In this document: positions 4,249 through 5,705 of the stretch, in pieces
Layout of the letters: every line of letters begins with the position of its first letter
How positions within the stretch are numbered: position 1 is the first letter of the stretch
NCBI GenBank assembly: GCA_964510585.1
Contig: CAZECW010000198.1
Location: 1-5,705, forward strand
DNA from: an uncultured archaeon
GTDB taxonomy: Archaea; Asgardarchaeota; Jordiarchaeia; Jordiarchaeales; Jordiarchaeaceae
Length of the DNA: 5,705 bases
Reading direction: 5' to 3'
Notes under the pieces: generated by a model
What the model was told of the DNA's origin: nothing
What the model saw: only the letters and a program-made list of their open reading frames with translations
Database searches by the model: none
Position numbers and translations under genes: made by a program

Positions 4249-5705
4249 ATGGAGATTGTTTCGCATTCCTTTGAAGATCTCGTTGTAGAGCTGAGAAAAA
4301 CTGTTGGGGAACAGTTTGTTTCAGACGACCCTGAGGATCTCATCCCCTACTTGAGGGATTCATTTTCAGCCCTAAGCGAGAAGTTCTTCGGTAAACCTGC
4401 TATGCCTCGCGTCGTAGTTTTTCCCGGAAACGCAGAAGAGGTTCAAAAGGTGGTTAAAATTGCAAATAAGTTTAGGGTTCCAGTGCTACCAGTTACTTTT
4501 GGGACCAACATGGCGGGGATCACTATACCTACTGTTGAATCCTCTATCATTCTTGACTTGAAGCGTTTGGATAGAATAATTGAGATAGATGAGGAGTCTA
4601 TGACTGCTACTATTGAGCCTGCGGTTTCTTATGGTAGACTTGATTTTGAGGCTAGGAAACATGGTCTTAAAACCGTTAGCAAAGTGGGCGGGTACACCGG
4701 TGGCCTTGTGGGCAATTTTGTTAGTGCGAATATGCGTCCCTATAATGCTAGGTACGGCTGGACTGATCCTGTTGTTTCCCTTGAGGTCGTTCTTCCAACC
4801 GGGGAGCTGCTTAGGACAGGTTCACAGGCGGTTCCCGGATTCGAGACGCTTAATCCCTATGTGCGACTGTGTTTCGGGCCGGATCTTGTTGGCCTGTTTA
4901 GAGGAAGTTTGGGCTCCTTTGGCATTATAACTAAGATGGTTGTTCGCCTATATCCCGTAGGTGAAAAAAACGAGTTTCTCTGGTACGAGTTCAGCAGCTT
5001 GAAGGATCTGCTTAATGCCATTATGGAAACCCAGAGAAACGACATAGGTAACTCTGTAATGGGTTACAATGCTCCAGGCTTGTACTCCATTGTTACAGAT
5101 TACGAAGACAAAAAGGATGCAGAAAAGAGTAGACGAATAAAAACTATGATACCCGACTCCTCCTGGTATCTTTTAATTGAAATTGAGGGAGCTGCTGAGA
5201 AAGTTGATGCCGAGAGGAAAATAGTGGACAGAATCTGCTTGGAGAAGAACAACGGTAGGCTGGTGCGTTTCACCGACGAAAAAATGATGAGATACTTGCA
5301 AGACTACACAACCCATAGAGGTCAAGCTGTAATGCACCAGTGTAATGGAGGCTTTTTTGGATTCTGGTGCTGCATGCCTCTAGGTAAGATAATCCCCTTC
5401 ATAGAAGAAGTTGGCCCTCAATTTGAAAAATTGGAGTTAAAGGACCTTATCTGTCCAGACGAACCTCTAGCTATAAGATATGCAATTATCCCCTTTGACC
5501 GAGGAACAACAATGGTCTGCGGAATAAGCATAGAGTACGACCCCCTAGACAGTGAACAGACTGAAAAGCTCAGTGATACGATTCAGCCACTTATAATCAC
5601 CATGTTGAAGTATGGTGGAACAATTCCCCTAACGATGCAGCAGCTAACAAACATGTTACTGATGCCAAGCTACGCGGAGCTAATACGGGGAATAAAAAGG
5701 CTCCT
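4249..5705 (+). CDS. FAD-linked oxidoreductase, VAO/PCMH family (FAD_binding_4 domain plus cap domain), 3' end just outside the window
   Basis: 485 stop-free codons from ATG 4249. Motifs: PRVVVFPGNAEEVQKVVKIANKFRVPVLP, TFGTNMAG, IILDLKRLDRIIEIDEESMTATIEPAV, VVSLEVVLPTGELLRTG, GPDLVGLFRGSLGSFGIITK (4876-4935). It ends ...ELIRGIKRL, where the family's terminal DP.N.LNPG motif would follow. Not in the ORF track. Confidence 0.95.
   Translation, partial: MEIVSHSFEDLVVELRKTVGEQFVSDDPEDLIPYLRDSFSALSEKFFGKPAMPRVVVFPGNAEEVQKVVKIANKFRVPVLPVTFGTNMAGITIPTVESSIILDLKRLDRIIEIDEESMTATIEPAVSYGRLDFEARKHGLKTVSKVGGYTGGLVGNFVSANMRPYNARYGWTDPVVSLEVVLPTGELLRTGSQAVPGFETLNPYVRLCFGPDLVGLFRGSLGSFGIITKMVVRLYPVGEKNEFLWYEFSSLKDLLNAIMETQRNDIGNSVMGYNAPGLYSIVTDYEDKKDAEKSRRIKTMIPDSSWYLLIEIEGAAEKVDAERKIVDRICLEKNNGRLVRFTDEKMMRYLQDYTTHRGQAVMHQCNGGFFGFWCCMPLGKIIPFIEEVGPQFEKLELKDLICPDEPLAIRYAIIPFDRGTTMVCGISIEYDPLDSEQTEKLSDTIQPLIITMLKYGGTIPLTMQQLTNMLLMPSYAELIRGIKRL

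Noticed and set aside
4159-4251. 28-codon frame in frame with the oxidase and separated from it by one TGA (possible selenocysteine read-through or uORF)
   Set aside because: The TGA (4243-4245) directly abuts the SD GGAGGT, there is no Cys-like catalytic context, and ATG 4249 already gives a normal family N-terminus.
4140-5045. ORFs 4140..4343 (-), 4613..4930 (+) and 4857..5045 (-)
   Set aside because: Antisense or off-frame shadows of the FAD oxidoreductase.

Overview
This is most likely archaeal DNA, inferred from GGTGA/GGAGG(T) ribosome-binding sites, TATA-like boxes and an archaeal-type protein-disulfide-oxidoreductase relic. Five frames look intact: (1) the N-terminus of an unrecognised protein running off the left edge (1..206, -); (2) a short-chain flavodoxin (321..785, -); (3) a PNPOx-like split-barrel flavin-binding protein (1303..1752, -); (4) a 233-aa protein with a C-terminal four-Cys V4R/MetOD1-like domain (2581..3282, +); (5) a VAO/PCMH-family FAD-linked oxidoreductase running off the right edge (4249..>5705, +). 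Frames 1 and 5 are absent from the supplied ORF track. These five cover only about 57% of the window. The gaps hold a clear, unannotated pseudogene of a CxxC protein-disulfide oxidoreductase (935..1207, -), a probable frameshifted gene relic (3279..3633, -) and an unexplained segment flanked by a 13-bp direct repeat. A long RNA stem sits over the start codon of the left-edge gene, and third-codon-position G+T content falls steeply along both presumed transcription units. I see no rRNA, tRNA, CRISPR array or recognisable transposase, and no convincing evidence for a complete novel system. The best leads are the leader structure, the V4R-like protein, the atypical FAD oxidase and the decayed redox gene.
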